Shown here piece by piece: positions 62,213-64,000 of a stretch of 64,000 bases of DNA. Source of the stretch: Octopus vulgaris (Eukaryota); NCBI GenBank assembly GCA_951406725.2, contig OX597820.1, positions 35,960,001 to 36,024,000 on the forward strand, in the 5' to 3' direction. Numbering within the stretch: the stretch's first letter is position 1; every line of letters begins with the position of its first letter. The notes below the pieces were generated by a model, which saw only the letters and a program-made list of their open reading frames with translations, ran no database searches and was not told the origin of the DNA. A program made the translations under genes and the position numbers.

Positions 62213-64000
62213 GTGGGCTGTTTTAGTATGAAGCTAACCTCATCAAGAACCATAGGTTGATCATGTTGTCTGTCTTGGTGTTTGCAGGCTTCCAAAGCAA
62301 TTGCTTTATGGAGAATTAGTTCTTGATAACTGTCCCCAGCATGAACCAAAGAGCATTTAAACTGGCTATATCCAGCCCAAATATTCTGCCTGTTTTGCGT
62401 TTAAACTGGCCATATCTGACTCATCACACCTACCCTATAATTTCATTCTAAAAATATACAATTACATCAGGAAGATCTCAAAGTTACAAGATAATGTATG
62501 CTTAATTCAAAACAGTGTGATTAAATAAGTATTACATTTCACAGAATAATCTGAATGCTAGAGGGTTAAGTCCATAAACATCAGCGTTGCTCCTTGGCAA
62601 CATCTTGCAGTGGACAGAAGTAAATTGTATTCTGTAATGAGGAACAATAACCTGCAGTTTGCCCAGACGTGGCTGTGTGGTAAAAAGCTTGCTTTCCAAC
62701 CACATGGTTCCATTTTCAGTCCCACTGCATGGCACTTTGAGCAAGTGTCTTTTACTATAGCATCAGGCAGACCAAAGCCTTGTGAGTGGATTTGGTAAAC
62801 AGAAACTGAAAGACGCCCATTGTGTGTGTGTGTGTGTATGTGTATGTGTGTGTGTATGTATTTGAGCTTGTGACTGTCCCTTTCCTCCTCCCTCCCCCAC
62901 CCGCCATCGCTTGACAACTGATGTTGGTATGTTTACGTCCCCGTAACTTAGTGGTGGTCCAGTAAAAAGAGGCTGATAGAATAAGTACTAGGATTACAAA
63001 GAATAAGTCCTGGGGTCAATTTCTTTGGCTAAAAAACCCTTTAAGGTGCTGCTCCAGCATAGCCACAATCACATGACTAAAACAAGTAAAAGAATAAAAG
63101 AGTAAATACTGCAAGATGTAGAAGCTGTGAATGATAAATAACCATATCTGTGGTGTCATTACACTTTCAAAAGCCAAACTTGTCATTTATGAAAAGTCAT
63201 ATATCAGGAGGCCAAGACATGATGTTATATACATACACTTCGAACACCAGCAGAGCAGTGCTGTCCTTTATGTCTAATGGTATGTACACCACCAATTGGT
63301 GAGGTGAAAATCCATTTGGACAAATACACAACAGGTGGAGCTGGTGTCAGTATGATTCTTGACCAAATTAAGTGCTGCATTTGTCAGAAAAATTTTTTAA
63401 TGAAATAAGGTCCTGCTTAAATCTTCACCTGGTTCAACACCACCACCTAGTACTTTAGGTAGCTTAGCAGAGTCCATTTTGTTGCATGTGTTCAGGTCAG
63501 CTCAGTGGTTAGAAGATGCACTCTTCCTTAACTTCCCACATTTTGAACATTGAATGTTTGAACATTTCTGCTTGTGCATATATGTGGATGAGAGAAAAAA
63601 TAACAAAAATAGGTGAAGATGAGCAAGTTAGGAAATGAGTGAAATAAAAGGTTATGTCTGTTTTAGTATGAACTTATTGTATAGGAAAGGAAACAAGACA
63701 GGCAAACAGTTAAAGAAGATGGGAGAAAATCATGCAGGAGTGGCTGTGCGGTAAGTAGCTTGCTTACCAACCACATGGTTCCGGGTTCAGTCCCACTGTG
63801 TGGCACCTTGGACTAGTGTCTTCTACTACAGCCTCGGGCTGACCAAAGCCTTGTGAGTGGATTTGGTAGATGGAAACTGGAAGAAGCCCATTGTATATAT
63901 GTATATATATATGTATGTGTGTATATGTTTGTGTGTCTGTGTTTGTCCCCCCCACCATTGCTTGACAACCGATGCTGGTGTGTTTACGTCCCCGTAACTT

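Overview
AT-rich, microsatellite- and transposon-dense animal DNA. The SINE, RTE and microsatellite complement strongly suggests an octopus (coleoid cephalopod); this is an inference from recalled repeat families. One protein-coding gene can be fully reconstructed on the + strand: a 9-coding-exon, ~467-aa Rap1/TERF2IP-like telomere (shelterin) protein (ATG 11964 to TAA 45890). It has a Rap1-type Myb domain, a long acidic/basic linker and the Rap1 C-terminal (RCT) domain, but no BRCT domain is visible. All eight introns are GT-AG and phase-consistent. A further intron appears to lie in the 3'UTR, and the putative last exon carries a ~270-bp-arm fold-back. The rest is mostly repeats: Tx1, RTE and Dong/R4 LINE remnants; several tRNA-derived SINE families; mariner/Tc1, Tigger, piggyBac-like, Merlin-like and Helitron/Helentron DNA elements; a decayed 5S rRNA copy abutting a SINE; long hairpins; and simple repeats. 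Almost all ORFs in the supplied track are microsatellite or repeat artefacts. All alignments were done by eye. Exon, TIR and TSD coordinates were counted; other repeat boundaries are approximate.
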